Assembly (NCBI RefSeq): GCF_000737315.1 | Contig: NZ_JMCB01000003.1 | Coordinates: 20,001 to 268,000 of the forward strand | DNA: 248,000 nt | Source of the DNA: Hyalangium minutum | GTDB taxonomy: Bacteria; Myxococcota; Myxococcia; Myxococcales; Myxococcaceae | Direction of reading: 5' to 3' | In this document: positions 93,887 to 106,681 of the stretch, in pieces | Position numbering within the stretch: the stretch's first letter is position 1 | How the letters are laid out: each line of letters begins with the position of its first letter | The notes under the pieces: generated by a model | The model's input: the letters and a program-made list of their open reading frames with translations, nothing else | What the model was told of the DNA's origin: nothing | Databases searched by the model: none | Made by a program: the position numbers and the translations under genes

Positions 93887-95122
93887 ATGGACTTCGAGCC
93901 GAGCGCCCGAACCAAGGACTACCTGGAGCGCCTCCGGCGCTTCATGCGCGAGCACATCGAGCCGGCCGAGGCCCGCTACCGGGATGAGGTCCACGCCACC
94001 TGCCAGGCGGGTGACTGGAAGACGTGGAAGGTTCCGGCGGTGATGGACGAGCTGAAGGCTCGCGCGAAGGCCGAGGGCCTGTGGAACCTGTTCCTGCCCG
94101 ATGAGAAGCTGGGCGCGGGCCTGAGCACCCTGGAGTACGCGCCGCTGGCCGAGGAGACGGGGCGCAGCTTCATCGCCCCCGAGGTCTTCAACTGCAGCGC
94201 TCCGGACACCGGCAACATGGAGGTGCTCTGGAAGTACGGCTCCGAGGAGCAGAAGGAGCGCTGGCTCAAGCCGTTGCTGGCCGGGGAGATCCGCTCGGTG
94301 TTCTGCATGACGGAGCCGGACGTGGCGTCCTCGGATGCCACGAACATGCAGGCCACGGCCGTCGTGGAGGGCAACGAGATCGTCCTCAATGGCAGCAAGT
94401 GGTGGTCGAGCGGCCTGGGCCACCCGAGGGCGAAGGTCATCATCTTCATGGCGCGCACGCCCAACGAGCAGGGCGGCCGCCACAATCAGCACTCCATGGT
94501 GCTGGTCCCCATGGACACCCCGGGCGTGACGATCCGCCGCATGCTGCCCGTCTACGGCGAGTACGACGCGCCCCATGGACACGGAGAGGTGCACTTCAAG
94601 GACGTGCGCGTGCCCGTTTCCCACTTCATCGCCGGACCGGGGCAGGGTTTCGAGATTGCCCAAGGCCGTCTGGGACCCGGCCGCATCCACCACTGCATGC
94701 GCTGCATCGGCGCGGCGGAGCGGGCGCTGGAGCTGATGATCGATCGGGGCATGGCGCGCACTGCTTTCGGCAAGCCGCTGCTCAACCTGGGTGGCAACCG
94801 CGAGCGCGTCGCTGAGGCCCGGGTCGCCATCGATCAGGCGCGGCTGCTGACGTTCTTCGCGGCGTGGAAGATGGACGAGGTGGGTGCCCTGGGAGCCATG
94901 ACGGAGATCTCCGCCATCAAGGTCGTGGCGCCCAACGTGCTCCAGCAGGTGGTGGACGACGCCATCCAGATCCACGGGGGCGCGGGCGTGTCCCAGGACA
95001 CGGTGCTCGCGGGCTTCTTCGCCCAGGCGCGCATCCTGCGCATCGCGGACGGTCCGGACGAGGTCCACAAGGGCGTCATCGCGCGTCTCGAACTGGCCAA
95101 GCGCGGCCATTCCCGGAGCTGA
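93887..95122 (+). CDS. acyl-CoA dehydrogenase
   Basis: [42 protein letters not shown]. Confidence 0.92.
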   Translation: MDFEPSARTKDYLERLRRFMREHIEPAEARYRDEVHATCQAGDWKTWKVPAVMDELKARAKAEGLWNLFLPDEKLGAGLSTLEYAPLAEETGRSFIAPEVFNCSAPDTGNMEVLWKYGSEEQKERWLKPLLAGEIRSVFCMTEPDVASSDATNMQATAVVEGNEIVLNGSKWWSSGLGHPRAKVIIFMARTPNEQGGRHNQHSMVLVPMDTPGVTIRRMLPVYGEYDAPHGHGEVHFKDVRVPVSHFIAGPGQGFEIAQGRLGPGRIHHCMRCIGAAERALELMIDRGMARTAFGKPLLNLGGNRERVAEARVAIDQARLLTFFAAWKMDEVGALGAMTEISAIKVVAPNVLQQVVDDAIQIHGGAGVSQDTVLAGFFAQARILRIADGPDEVHKGVIARLELAKRGHSRS

Positions 95123-95125
95123 GCC

Positions 95126-95941
95126 ATGGCCAACCAACGCATCTTCATCACCGGTGGTGCCAGCGGGCTCGGGAAGGCCATCGCCCAGCGCTTCGCCCGC
95201 GCGGGGTGGAAGGTCTGCATCGCGGACCTCAACGAAGCCCGGGGCGCGGAGGTGCTGTCCTCCTTGGGCCCGGACGCGCACTTCCTGCGCTGCGATGTGA
95301 CGCGCGACGAGGACCTGATCGCAGCAGCGGAGACGCTCCAGCAGCGCTGGGGCGGCGTGGACGTGGTGGTGAACAACGCCGGGGTGGCCCAGGCGGGCGC
95401 CATCGAGGACGTGTCGATCGATGACTGGCGCTGGATCATCGACATCAACCTGCTGGGCGTGGTGCGAGGCTGCAAGGTGTTCACGCCCCTGTTCAAGCGG
95501 CAGGGCCACGGGCACTTCGTCAACGTCTCCTCCATGGCGGGCCTGCTCGATGCGCCGATGATGAGCAGCTACAACGCCACGAAGGCCGCTGTCGTCTCCC
95601 TGTCGGAGACGCTGCACAACGAGCTGGCGGACGCGAACATCGGCGTCAGCGTCGTCTGCCCGGCCTTCTTCAAGACCAACCTGACCGAGTCGCTGCGCAC
95701 TCCGGATCCGCGGCTGAAGGTCACCATGGCGAAGCTGCTGGATCGCTCGCCCATCACCGCGGATGACGTCGCCAATGATGTCTTCCGCGCCGTGGAGCGG
95801 AGGCAGTTCTACGTCCTGTCTCACGCGCAGGGCCGCAGGGCGTGGCTGATGAAGCGCTTCCTCCCGAGAGAGATCTACGCCCGGTTGTTGCGCAAGAGCA
95901 CCGCCCGGATGCGCCCGCGCCCCGACCCCACACAGACTTGA
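95126..95941 (+). CDS. short-chain dehydrogenase/reductase
   Basis: TGGASGLG, NNAG, YNATK. Confidence 0.9.
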   Translation: MANQRIFITGGASGLGKAIAQRFARAGWKVCIADLNEARGAEVLSSLGPDAHFLRCDVTRDEDLIAAAETLQQRWGGVDVVVNNAGVAQAGAIEDVSIDDWRWIIDINLLGVVRGCKVFTPLFKRQGHGHFVNVSSMAGLLDAPMMSSYNATKAAVVSLSETLHNELADANIGVSVVCPAFFKTNLTESLRTPDPRLKVTMAKLLDRSPITADDVANDVFRAVERRQFYVLSHAQGRRAWLMKRFLPREIYARLLRKSTARMRPRPDPTQT

Positions 95942-95958
95942 GGAGAGATCGCGACGCC

Positions 95959-97035
95959 ATGCCTTCCACCTCGCCCACTGACTCGGCCGGAGCCGTCCGC
96001 CCGGGAGAAGAACTGAACGTCCCCGCCGTGGATGCCTGGCTCAAGACCCAGGTGCCCACGCTGGAGGGCACGCCTGAAGTCACCCAGTACTCGGGAGGTG
96101 CCTCGAACTGGACCTACCGGCTCAAGTACGCCAACCGCGATCTCATCCTTCGCCGGCCCCCGGCGGGGACGAAGGCCAAGTCCGCGCACGACATGGCCCG
96201 CGAGTACTCGGTGCAGAAGGCCCTGAAGCCTGCCTATCCGGCCGTGCCCACCATGATCGGCCTGTGTCAGGACCCGGCGGTGCTGGGCTCGGACTTCTAC
96301 GTGATGGAGCGCATCGAGGGCCTCATCCCTCGCAAGCACCTGCCTCGGGGGCTCACCCTGGACCAGCCGCAGACGCGGCAGCTCTGTCTCAACGTCATCG
96401 ACAAGCTGGTGGAACTGCACTCCGTGGACGCGGCGGCCGTGGGGCTGTCGTCGCTGGGCAAGGGGCCCGGCTATCCGAAGCGGCAGATCGAGGGCTGGTC
96501 GGACCGCTACGAGAAGGCTCACACCTGGAATGTGCTCGGCTTCCAGTATGTGCGCGATTGGCTCAAGGCCAACACCCCCGACGATGTCGCCACCTGCGTC
96601 ATCCACAACGACTGGCGCTTCGACAACGTGGTGCTCGATCCAGGAGAGCCCATCCGAGTCATCGGCGTGCTCGACTGGGAGATGGCCACGCTGGGAGATC
96701 CGCTGATGGATCTGGGCAATGCGCTGGCCTACTGGGTCCACGCCGACGATAACTTCTTTTTGCGAGCCACGCGGCGCCAGCCCACGCACCTGCCTGGCAT
96801 GCTCCGGCGCGAGGAGGTGGTCGAGTACTACCTCGATCGCATGAAGCTGAAGCCGGCCAACTGGACCTTCTATGAGGTCTACGGCCTGTTCCGGCTCGCC
96901 GTCATCGCCCAGCAGATCTACTACCGCTACCACCACAAGCAGACGCGCAACCCCGCGTTCAAGAACTTCTGGGTGCTGGTCAACTACCTCGGGCTGCGCT
97001 GCAACCGGCTCATCCGGAAGAAGGGGGCACGCTGA
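95959..97035 (+). CDS. APH/ACAD10-like phosphotransferase
   Basis: GGASNWTY, HNDWRFDN, LDWEM. Confidence 0.85.
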   Translation: MPSTSPTDSAGAVRPGEELNVPAVDAWLKTQVPTLEGTPEVTQYSGGASNWTYRLKYANRDLILRRPPAGTKAKSAHDMAREYSVQKALKPAYPAVPTMIGLCQDPAVLGSDFYVMERIEGLIPRKHLPRGLTLDQPQTRQLCLNVIDKLVELHSVDAAAVGLSSLGKGPGYPKRQIEGWSDRYEKAHTWNVLGFQYVRDWLKANTPDDVATCVIHNDWRFDNVVLDPGEPIRVIGVLDWEMATLGDPLMDLGNALAYWVHADDNFFLRATRRQPTHLPGMLRREEVVEYYLDRMKLKPANWTFYEVYGLFRLAVIAQQIYYRYHHKQTRNPAFKNFWVLVNYLGLRCNRLIRKKGAR

Positions 97036-97727
97036 TGGGCGTCGTATACTTGGTTCGCCATGGACAGGCCTCGTTCGGGGCCGCGGACTACGATCAGCTC
97101 TCGGAGATGGGGGTGGCGCAGGCGAAGGTGCTCGGGGAGGCGCTGCGCGCGCGGCTCCCGTGTGTGGATGCGGTGGTCACCGGAGGAATGGCGCGACACT
97201 GGCAGACGGCGGATGCGTGCCTGAAGGCGCTCGGGGTGGCGGTGCCTCACAAGCGCATGGTGGACTTCAACGAGTACGACCACGAGGAGATCGTCGTCCG
97301 CCACATCCCGCGCTACGCGGACAAGAGCCTGATGATGCAGGACCTGGCTGAGACGCCAGACCCTCGCCGGGCCTTCCAGGAAGTGTTCACGCAGGCCGTC
97401 GCCCGCTGGGTCGAGGGCCGGCACGAGGCCGACTACACCGAGACCTGGGCCGCTTTCCGGGAGCGCAGCCTCCGCGCGTTGACGGAGCTCATCCAGGAGC
97501 TGGGAGCTTCCAAGACCGCGTTGGTGTTCACCTCGGGGGGACCCATCACCGCCATCTGCCAGGACCTGCTGCGGATCCCCGACGAGCACGCCTTCCGCCT
97601 GAACTGGACGCTGGCCAACTGCGGCGTCACCAAGATCGTCTACAGCGAGCGCGGCCGGTACCTCTCCACGCTGAACGAGCACGGCTACTTCGAGGGTGCC
97701 CAGCGCGCGCTGCTAACGTACCGCTGA
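97035..97727 (+). CDS. histidine phosphatase family protein
   Basis: RHGQASF, LNEH. Confidence 0.85.
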   Translation: MGVVYLVRHGQASFGAADYDQLSEMGVAQAKVLGEALRARLPCVDAVVTGGMARHWQTADACLKALGVAVPHKRMVDFNEYDHEEIVVRHIPRYADKSLMMQDLAETPDPRRAFQEVFTQAVARWVEGRHEADYTETWAAFRERSLRALTELIQELGASKTALVFTSGGPITAICQDLLRIPDEHAFRLNWTLANCGVTKIVYSERGRYLSTLNEHGYFEGAQRALLTYR

Positions 97728-97849
97728 GGCAGCGCGGCCCCCGTTACTCCGGGGGCGCGCTGAGCCCGGGGACTCCGGGCCCAGCACAAAACCTGGCCGC
97801 CAGGGCGTGAGGGTCCCGAAGAGAAGCCCTTCCTCACGCCCCAGCGGGC

Positions 97850-98551
97850 TCAGGCAGCGGAGGTCGAGGCATCCCCCACACCGTTGGCGCCCAGATCCGC
97901 GAGCATCTGCTCGCCCTCCAACTCGTCGATGGGGACGAAGGCCTCGCGGCCGGGGCGGTAGGCATGCACCTTTGCATTGCCAATGTCGAACCACCAGCCG
98001 TGCAGCCGCAGCGTGCCCGCGGCCATGCGCTCGCGCACCAGGGGGTACGAGCGCAGGTGGGCCAGCTGCTGCAGCACGTTGAGCTGGCTGAGCCTGTCCG
98101 CCGGCTCCAGGCCCTCACCCACGCGGCCGGCCTTCTCCAGGGACTGCAGGGCGCCGCGGCCCAGATCCAGCCAGTCGCAGAGGTTGGGGCACCGCGCGTC
98201 CGACATTCCCGCCAGCAGCGCCTTCATGGCGCCGCAGCTGGAGTGCCCGCACACCACCACGTCCGTCACCGGCAGGTGGAGCAGGGAGTACTCCACCGCG
98301 GCGGCCTCGGAGCGGTCGCCCATGGACTGGCCCGACGCATCCGAGGGCGCCACCATGTTGCCCACGTTGCGCATGACGAAGAGATCGCCCGGATCCGTGG
98401 ACACCAGGAGGTTGGGCACCACGCGGCTGTCAGCGCAGGTGATGAAGAGGCAGTCCGGAGTCTGGCCCTTGGCCAGGCGCGCGAAAGTGGAGCGGTAGGC
98501 GGGGAGGCTGTGACGCTGGAAATCCAGGAGACCGCGAATGAGCTTCTTCAT
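97850..98551 (-). CDS. beta-carbonic anhydrase
   Basis: CADSR, RNVGN, GHSSCG. Confidence 0.92.
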   Translation of the reverse strand: MKKLIRGLLDFQRHSLPAYRSTFARLAKGQTPDCLFITCADSRVVPNLLVSTDPGDLFVMRNVGNMVAPSDASGQSMGDRSEAAAVEYSLLHLPVTDVVVCGHSSCGAMKALLAGMSDARCPNLCDWLDLGRGALQSLEKAGRVGEGLEPADRLSQLNVLQQLAHLRSYPLVRERMAAGTLRLHGWWFDIGNAKVHAYRPGREAFVPIDELEGEQMLADLGANGVGDASTSAA

Positions 98552-100107
98552 CGTGCACCCTCGGCAGTGAGAGACGGGGAAGGGGAAGTGACAGGGGGAG
98601 GAACGGGGGAGGGAGTGGCTGCGCTGGTGCTCTTGCGCCGCCAGATGTCTTCGAGCGGCTCCATGTACACATGGCCGCCCGTCTTACGGTGCGTCTCGGA
98701 CCAGCTCTCGAGCGCCTCGTAACCGGAGTGGTCCAGCGTCTCCACGGCCAGATCCAACTCGACCTTGGCGCCCATGGGGACCTGGGCCAGCGCAGCGGAC
98801 AGCTTGGGCACGCCCACGAACGTGAGGGCTCCGCCCACGCGCACCTGGTGCACGTCACCTTCCTGCTTCACGTGCACCTGCACCTTGCCCAGCTGCCACA
98901 GCAGCCGGCCCACGGCCAGCGCCAGGCCCATGGCGATGCCCGCCAGCAGGTTGACGCCCACCACGCCGGCCACCGTCACCACGTACACGGACAGCTCGCC
99001 GCGGCGGCGCAGCTCCTGGATGTGGTGCGTGTTCACCAGCTTCACACCCACGAAGACGAGCAGGCCCGCCAGCACGGTGAGAGGCACCAGCTTCAGCAGC
99101 GCGGCCAGCATCGTGACGAAGAGCAGCATCCACACGCCGTGCAGCACGGCCGAGGTGCGCGTCTTGGCGCCCGCGGCGATGTTGGCCGCGCTGCGGACGA
99201 TGACGCCCGTGATGGGCAGGCCGCCCGCGAGGCCGGACACGGTGTTGGCCAGGCCCTGCGCGAACAGCTCCTTGTCCAGGTTGGCGCGCGGGCCCGTGTG
99301 CATCTTGTCCGTGGCCACCGCGCTCAGCAGGGACTCGGCGCTGGCCACCAGCGCCAGCGAGAGCGCCGCGACCACGAAGGCGCCCCACTGGTTCTGGGGC
99401 AGCTGGGGCAGCTGCAGGCTGCTGAAGAAGTCACCGGCCAGCTCCACGCGCTTCACGTTGGCGCCCCACAGCGCCGCCACCGCCGAAGCGCCCACCACCG
99501 CCACCAGCGGCCCGGGGATCTGCTTGAGCCGGCTCTTGGGCATCACCTGCCACAGCACCAGCAGGCCGATGGTGAGCAGGCCCAAGATCGTCGCGGGGCC
99601 GTGCAGATCCGCGATCTGCCCAGGCAGCTCCTTGATGTTCTGCCACGCGTTGGACTGGGGCGAGCCGCCCAGCACGATGTGCAGCTGGCCCAGAACGATC
99701 AGGATGCCGATGCCCGCCAGCATTCCGTGGATCACCGCCGGGGAGATGGCCAGCGCGGTGCGCGCCACCTTCAGGCTGCCCATCGCCATCTGCACCATGC
99801 CCGCAGCGGCCACCGCGGCACAGGTGACGGCGAAGCCCATCTCGTTGATGAAGCCGAACACCATCACCGCGAGGCCCGCAGCCGGGCCGCTCACCAGCAG
99901 GGGCGCGCCGCCGAGCAGGCCGACCACCAGCCCGCCGACCACGCCAGCGATGAGGCCGGACATGATGGGCGCGCCCGACGCCAGCGAGATGCCCATGCAC
100001 AGCGGTACGGCGACCAGGAAGACGACCAGGGAGGCCGGCACATCACTGGCCAGGACACTTCGGATCGAGCCGGCCGTACCGGCTCCCTCCACGCCAGACT
100101 TCGTCAC
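98548..100107 (-). CDS. SulP-family anion (bicarbonate) transporter
   Basis: VAVPLCMGISLASG, SGPAAGL, PITGVIVRS. Confidence 0.9.
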   Translation of the reverse strand: MTKSGVEGAGTAGSIRSVLASDVPASLVVFLVAVPLCMGISLASGAPIMSGLIAGVVGGLVVGLLGGAPLLVSGPAAGLAVMVFGFINEMGFAVTCAAVAAAGMVQMAMGSLKVARTALAISPAVIHGMLAGIGILIVLGQLHIVLGGSPQSNAWQNIKELPGQIADLHGPATILGLLTIGLLVLWQVMPKSRLKQIPGPLVAVVGASAVAALWGANVKRVELAGDFFSSLQLPQLPQNQWGAFVVAALSLALVASAESLLSAVATDKMHTGPRANLDKELFAQGLANTVSGLAGGLPITGVIVRSAANIAAGAKTRTSAVLHGVWMLLFVTMLAALLKLVPLTVLAGLLVFVGVKLVNTHHIQELRRRGELSVYVVTVAGVVGVNLLAGIAMGLALAVGRLLWQLGKVQVHVKQEGDVHQVRVGGALTFVGVPKLSAALAQVPMGAKVELDLAVETLDHSGYEALESWSETHRKTGGHVYMEPLEDIWRRKSTSAATPSPVPPPVTSPSPSLTAEGAR

Positions 100108-100349
100108 GTTGAGTGCCTCCAGAAGAGCAAGGCGCCGCTCCCTCGGGGACAGGGGAACGGCGCGGTTTACGCTTCCTCAGGCAAAGCACGTGCCAGGGGT
100201 TAACCCATTGACTTCACTTGGAGAATTTCGGTGAATGAAAGAACAGATTAAAGAATTTTAAAGTGCCGCTCATCGCGGGTTTAAAATCCTTGAACTCCGG
100301 AGAGACCTGCCAGGCAGGCGGGCGGTCGCAGGGCGGATGACGCGCTGGG

Positions 100350-101689
<1,340 letters not shown>

Positions 101690-101693
<4 letters not shown>

Positions 101694-103372
101694 GCGGCGC
101701 TCTCCAAGGGTAGCCGAAGGCTGAAGCGGCTGCCCTCGGGCAGACGAGTATAGGTGAGGCTGCCGCCGTGAGCCTCCACGGCGGTTCGCGCCATGGGCAG
101801 CCCCAGGCCAATGCCCTTGGCGCGCGCGGTGGCGAAGGGCTCCCACAGGCGCGGCTCCAGCTTCGGATCCACACCGCCCGCGTTGTCCTCCACCAGCAGG
101901 ACGGCCTCGGCGCCCTCGCGAGCGAGGCTCACCTGCACCCAGGGGGCGGGACGCAGGCCCGTGTCCCGGGCCACCGCACCGGCCTCTACCGCGTTGCGTA
102001 AAAGGTTGTCGATGGCGGCCACCAGCAGGGCCGGATCCACGTGCACGGTGAGGCCCTCCGCCATCGTTACGCCGATGCGGACGTCCTCGGCCTCGGGCAG
102101 CAGGCGCAAGGACTGCAAGGCTTCATCCACCAGCAGTCTCAGATCGCAGGGCCGGCGCAGCATGGGCCGAGGCTCGCCGAAGGACAGCAGCGAGCGCGCC
102201 AGGTGGCCCAGCCGCTGCACCTGGGCGCGCAAGGCCGGCAGGGCCACCTCGCCGCTGGAGGAGGCGGGCCGCAGCAGCGAGAGGGCGGCCTGGATGCCAT
102301 TGAGGGCGTTCTTCACCTCGTGGGCGATGAGCTGGCTGGCGGAGCCCAGCGCGGCCATTGTCTCCTGGTGCCGGAGCCGCTCTTCCGCCCGGAGCAGTGA
102401 GCGGTACGAGCGCCGCAGCAGGAAGACGAAGACGATCAGGGTGCTGATCAGCAAGGCGCTGTGCAAGATGAGCTGGCTGAGGAAGCGGTACCTCAGGGGC
102501 GCGACGTTGTGCTCCTCGTTCTCCAGCACGGCCAGCAGCATGCCGCTCACGCCCGCGGGCACGGGCACGGGGGCCGCCGCGCCCAGCATGGCGGTGTCTG
102601 CCAAGGTGATGCGCCCGGGCGCGTGCACCAGGGCGATCAGGTCCGAGGCGAGCTGGGTGGTCCACCGGAGGTTCTGCGGGGGCATGGGCAGCAGGAGCTT
102701 TCCGTTCAGGCTCACCAGCAGCGTGAGATCCGTGCCCTTCGCGCTGACGCCCGGGAGCGGCTTCGCTCCGGCGCGAAGCTCACCCACGAGCATGCCCACC
102801 ACCTGCCGTCCGCCGCGCACCACGGGCACCGCCACCACCAGAGGCCCGTCCTCTCGCTCCAGCAGGTTGATGTCCGAGACCCCCTCCCTCTGCACGCGGC
102901 GGAACCAGGGGCGGGTGGTCACGGGAGATTCGCCCAGCGCCATCGCGGGGGGATCGCTCCACACGCGGCGTCCCGAGGCGCTCAGGAGGACGACGCCCTC
103001 GGAGAAGAGGTGGGTGTGGTGCAGGGCGTTGTCCAGCACGGTGACCTCGGGGCCTGCGGGACCATCCTCGAGGATGAGCTTGGGGTGCTGGGCCAGCCGT
103101 TGGAGCTCGGCCTCGAGCAGCTGGAGGTGCACGCCCAGGGCCTCGGCCTGCACCTGGGCCTGGACGGACAAGTGGGCAAGCGCCTCTTCGCGAGCGTTCT
103201 CCAGCTCCTCCCGGTAGGCGAGCAAGGGGCTGGTCAGCGCCACCAGGCCGAGCAGTGCCAGGCCGAACAGGGCCGAGCGGCCCGCACGCCGCTGCGTCCG
103301 GGCGAAGTCCTGGAGGGCCGGCGCGGAGGGAGGCCCCGGAAGGGAAGGGGGCTGGGGGACGGAGGGCTTCAT
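101690..103372 (-). CDS. sensor histidine kinase
   Basis: AHEVKNAL, NAVEA, GIGLGL. Confidence 0.85.
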
Positions 103373-103525
103373 GGGGCAGAGGGAGAGGCCAGGCGTGGCC
103401 TCAGGGCTTGAAGTGCCTGGGGCAGAGTTCCTCGGGTGGGGCAAGCTGCCTCGTGTGGCTGCCCGCGAGTGCATCGCCTCAGCTCTGAAGCGGCGCTGGC
103501 ATGTCCTGTGCTCATGAGTGCCGGC

Positions 103526-103987
103526 ATGTTACGGCAATGGAGTGCGAAGCCATCGCTGAAGTTCACCTCGTCGCACAAGGAGCCAGAAGAGGGGCTTGAG
103601 CCTCCCTTGCGGATCCTGGTGGCCGATGACCAGCCTGAGATGCGCAGACTCATTCGGGGTGCGCTCGTTCGGGACGGGTACGAGGTGGTCGAGGTGGCGA
103701 ACGGCCCTGCCCTCATCCACGCGCTCATCTCCGGGCTGCTGGAGGAGCAGACCCGCGCGCCCGACCTCATCATTACAGACGTCCGGATGCCGGGCATGAC
103801 AGGACTGGAGGTGCTGGCCCGCCTCCGCCGGGAGGCCTGGTCCATTCCCTTCATCCTCATCACCGCCTTTGGGGATGAAGCGCTGCACAGGGAGGCGGAG
103901 CGCTTGGGGGCTGCACGTGTCCTCGACAAGCCATTCGAGCTGGCGGAGCTACGGGCCGCCGTGCGCAGGGTCCTCAAGCCTCACTGA
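103526..103987 (+). CDS. single-domain response regulator
   Basis: VADD, TDVRMPG, ITAF, DKPF; start uncertain. Confidence 0.8.
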   Translation: MLRQWSAKPSLKFTSSHKEPEEGLEPPLRILVADDQPEMRRLIRGALVRDGYEVVEVANGPALIHALISGLLEEQTRAPDLIITDVRMPGMTGLEVLARLRREAWSIPFILITAFGDEALHREAERLGAARVLDKPFELAELRAAVRRVLKPH

Positions 103988-104008
103988 AGCCTGGCCAGGA
104001 GGTGTCCC

Positions 104009-106681
104009 ATGTCTCAGGCAAGCACGCTGGCTCCCGCTCCCCTGGCGCCCGCCCCCTCAGTGCCGCCCTCCCCACGCCGGGGCCTCGGACAGCGGCTGAT
104101 GCGGTGGTGGGAGCGGGCGCGTCAGGGGCCTTGGGGCAAGGTGGGCCGAGCCCTGCTCGTCCTGTTGCCGCTGATCCTGATGGCGGCGGCGGGCCGGACG
104201 CTGGCGAAGGAGCTGGCTCAGCTCCGCTGGGAGCAGGTCGCGCTGGCGATGTCTGCCCTTCCGGGCTGGCGCGTGGGATTGGCCATGCTCGCCACCGCTG
104301 GCAGCTACCTCGCGCTCACCTTATATGACGTGTTGGCGCTCCAGTACGTGGGCCGTCGACTGCCCTACCGGCGCGTCGGCCGCATCTCCTTCACCGCCTG
104401 CGCTCTGGGGCACAGCATTGGCCTGTCGGTGCTCGGCAGCGGCTCGGTACGCCTGCGCCTCTACACGGATCAGGGGCTGTCCGTCGTCGAGGTGGCGCGC
104501 ATCGCCGCCTTCACCTCGGCGACGTTCTGGACGGGCCTCCTGTTGGCCGGTGGGTTGTGCGTGGCGGTGTCTCCCGAGGCGCTCGCTTTTCTGCAAGTGT
104601 CCTCCGGAACCGTGCGCGCCGTAGGAGTGGGGCTGCTGCTGCTCGTGGGGGGCTATGTCTGGGTCTGTGCCCTCGCTCACCGGAGGGCGGGCGCCCCGGG
104701 CCTGCGCTCGCACCTGCCTCGGCCGTCCTTGGCGGTGAGGCAGGCGCTGGTCTCCAGCATGGACTGGATGATGGCGGCGCTCGTCCTCTACCTGCTGCTG
104801 CCTGCGGAGTCGGGGCTGTCCCTGCCAGGCGTGGTGGCCCTCTTCGCCGCCGCGCAGTCGCTGGGGATTCTCAGCCAGGTTCCCGGCGGCCTGGGCGTGT
104901 TCGAGTTCGTCATGGTCACCGCGCTCGCACCTCGGGTGCCCATGCCCGCGGTGCTCGGGGTGCTCGTCGTCTACCGCATGCTCTACTATGTGCTGCCGCT
105001 GGTGCTGGCCCTGGCACTGCTGGGGAATCACGAGCTCTCGCACCGGCGCGCGGAGTTCCGGCAGCTGTTGAACGGCGTGAGGGCCACGCTGGCGCCGCTC
105101 ATGCCTCCGCTGGCCGCGGCCGCGTGCTTCGTGGCGGGCGCGGTGCTCCTCTTCTCCGGTGTCACTCCGGCCGTACCCTCGCGGCTGGAGTTCCTCAGCC
105201 ACTTCGTGCCGCTGCCGCTGCTGGAGCTCTCACACCTGCTTGGGAGCCTCACGGGCATGGCCCTGCTGCTGCTGGCGCTGGGCCTCAAGCGTCAGCTGGA
105301 TGGGGCCTTCGTGTTGGTGCTCGGGCTGCTGCTGGCGGGCGGCGTGCTGTCCCTGCTCAAGGGAGGGGATTATGAGGAGGCAACGCTGCTCTTCACCACC
105401 GCGCTGGTGCTGACACCGTTCCGCTCCCGCTTCTACCGGCACGCCTCGTTGTTCGCCCAGCGCCTCAGTGTCTCCTGGCTGCTGGCGGTGCTCGCCGTGG
105501 TAGGGGCCTCGGTGGGGTTGGGCTTCTTCTCCTACCGGCACGTGGACTACAGCCACGAGCTCTGGTGGCAGTTCACCCTGGAGGGCGATGCGCCCCGCTT
105601 CCTTCGCGCCCTGGTGGGCATGCTGAGCCTGTCGCTGTTCTTTGGCATCGCCACGCTGCTGCAGCCCGCCGCCGCGCGCCCGCGCCTGCCGGGCGCCGTG
105701 GAGCTGGCCGTGGCCCGTCCCCTGGTGGCGCACGCCCCCGAGTCCTCCGCGCACCTGGCGCTGGTGGGAGACAAGGCGCTGCTCTTCAACGACACGCGCA
105801 CCTCCTTCCTCATGTACGGCGTGGCGGGGCGCAGCTGGGTGTCCATGGGCGATCCGGTGGGGCCGCCGGACGAGGCCACGGAGCTGGCGTGGCGCTTCCA
105901 CGAGCTGGCGGATCGGCACCACGGGTGGACCTGCTTCTACCAGGTGGGGCCCTCGGCGCTGCCGCGCTACCTGGACATGGGGCTGGCGCTGCTGAAGCTG
106001 GGCGAGGAGGCCACCGTGCCGCTGGGGGGCTTCCTCTTGGAGCTGCCCGAGTTCAAAGGCCTGCGCCACACGTGCCGCAAGCTGGAGAAGGAGGGGGTGA
106101 CCTTCGAGGTGTGCCCCGCCCAGCAGGTGCTGCCGCTGCTGCCAGAGCTGGAGTCCATCTCGCGCGCGTGGATGGACGAGAAGCAGACCCGCGAGAAGGG
106201 CTTCTCACTGGGCTTCTTCTGCCCGCGCTACCTCCGGGAGGGCCCCGTCGCGCTGGTGCGCCACCAGGGGCGCCTGGTGGCCTTTGCCAACATGTGGGTC
106301 CCGCTGTTGCGCGAGGAGTTCTCCGTGGACCTGATGCGCCACCGGCCCGAGGTCCCGCGCGGGGTGATGGACTTCCTCTTCACGCAGCTGATGCTGTGGG
106401 GGCGGGAGCAGGGCTACGAGCGCTTCAACCTGGGCATGGCGCCCTTCAGCGGGATGATGTCGCGCAGCCTGGCGCCGCTGTGGCACCGCCTGGGCACCTT
106501 TCTCTTCCGCCACGGTGAGCACTTCTACAACTTCCAGGGTCTGCGCCAATACAAGGAGAAGTTCCACCCGGTGTGGACGCCGCGCTATCTCGCCGCGCCG
106601 GGCGGGTGGGTGCTGCCTCGGGTGCTCGCGAACATCGCCACGCTTGTGTCGCGCGGCCTCACGGGAGCGGTGTCGAGATGA
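104009..106681 (+). CDS. mprF: lysyl-phosphatidylglycerol flippase/synthase
   Basis: PGGLGVFE, MGDPVG, KLGEEA, EKGFSLG, DLMR, FYNFQGLRQYKEKF. Confidence 0.92.
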   Translation: MSQASTLAPAPLAPAPSVPPSPRRGLGQRLMRWWERARQGPWGKVGRALLVLLPLILMAAAGRTLAKELAQLRWEQVALAMSALPGWRVGLAMLATAGSYLALTLYDVLALQYVGRRLPYRRVGRISFTACALGHSIGLSVLGSGSVRLRLYTDQGLSVVEVARIAAFTSATFWTGLLLAGGLCVAVSPEALAFLQVSSGTVRAVGVGLLLLVGGYVWVCALAHRRAGAPGLRSHLPRPSLAVRQALVSSMDWMMAALVLYLLLPAESGLSLPGVVALFAAAQSLGILSQVPGGLGVFEFVMVTALAPRVPMPAVLGVLVVYRMLYYVLPLVLALALLGNHELSHRRAEFRQLLNGVRATLAPLMPPLAAAACFVAGAVLLFSGVTPAVPSRLEFLSHFVPLPLLELSHLLGSLTGMALLLLALGLKRQLDGAFVLVLGLLLAGGVLSLLKGGDYEEATLLFTTALVLTPFRSRFYRHASLFAQRLSVSWLLAVLAVVGASVGLGFFSYRHVDYSHELWWQFTLEGDAPRFLRALVGMLSLSLFFGIATLLQPAAARPRLPGAVELAVARPLVAHAPESSAHLALVGDKALLFNDTRTSFLMYGVAGRSWVSMGDPVGPPDEATELAWRFHELADRHHGWTCFYQVGPSALPRYLDMGLALLKLGEEATVPLGGFLLELPEFKGLRHTCRKLEKEGVTFEVCPAQQVLPLLPELESISRAWMDEKQTREKGFSLGFFCPRYLREGPVALVRHQGRLVAFANMWVPLLREEFSVDLMRHRPEVPRGVMDFLFTQLMLWGREQGYERFNLGMAPFSGMMSRSLAPLWHRLGTFLFRHGEHFYNFQGLRQYKEKFHPVWTPRYLAAPGGWVLPRVLANIATLVSRGLTGAVSR

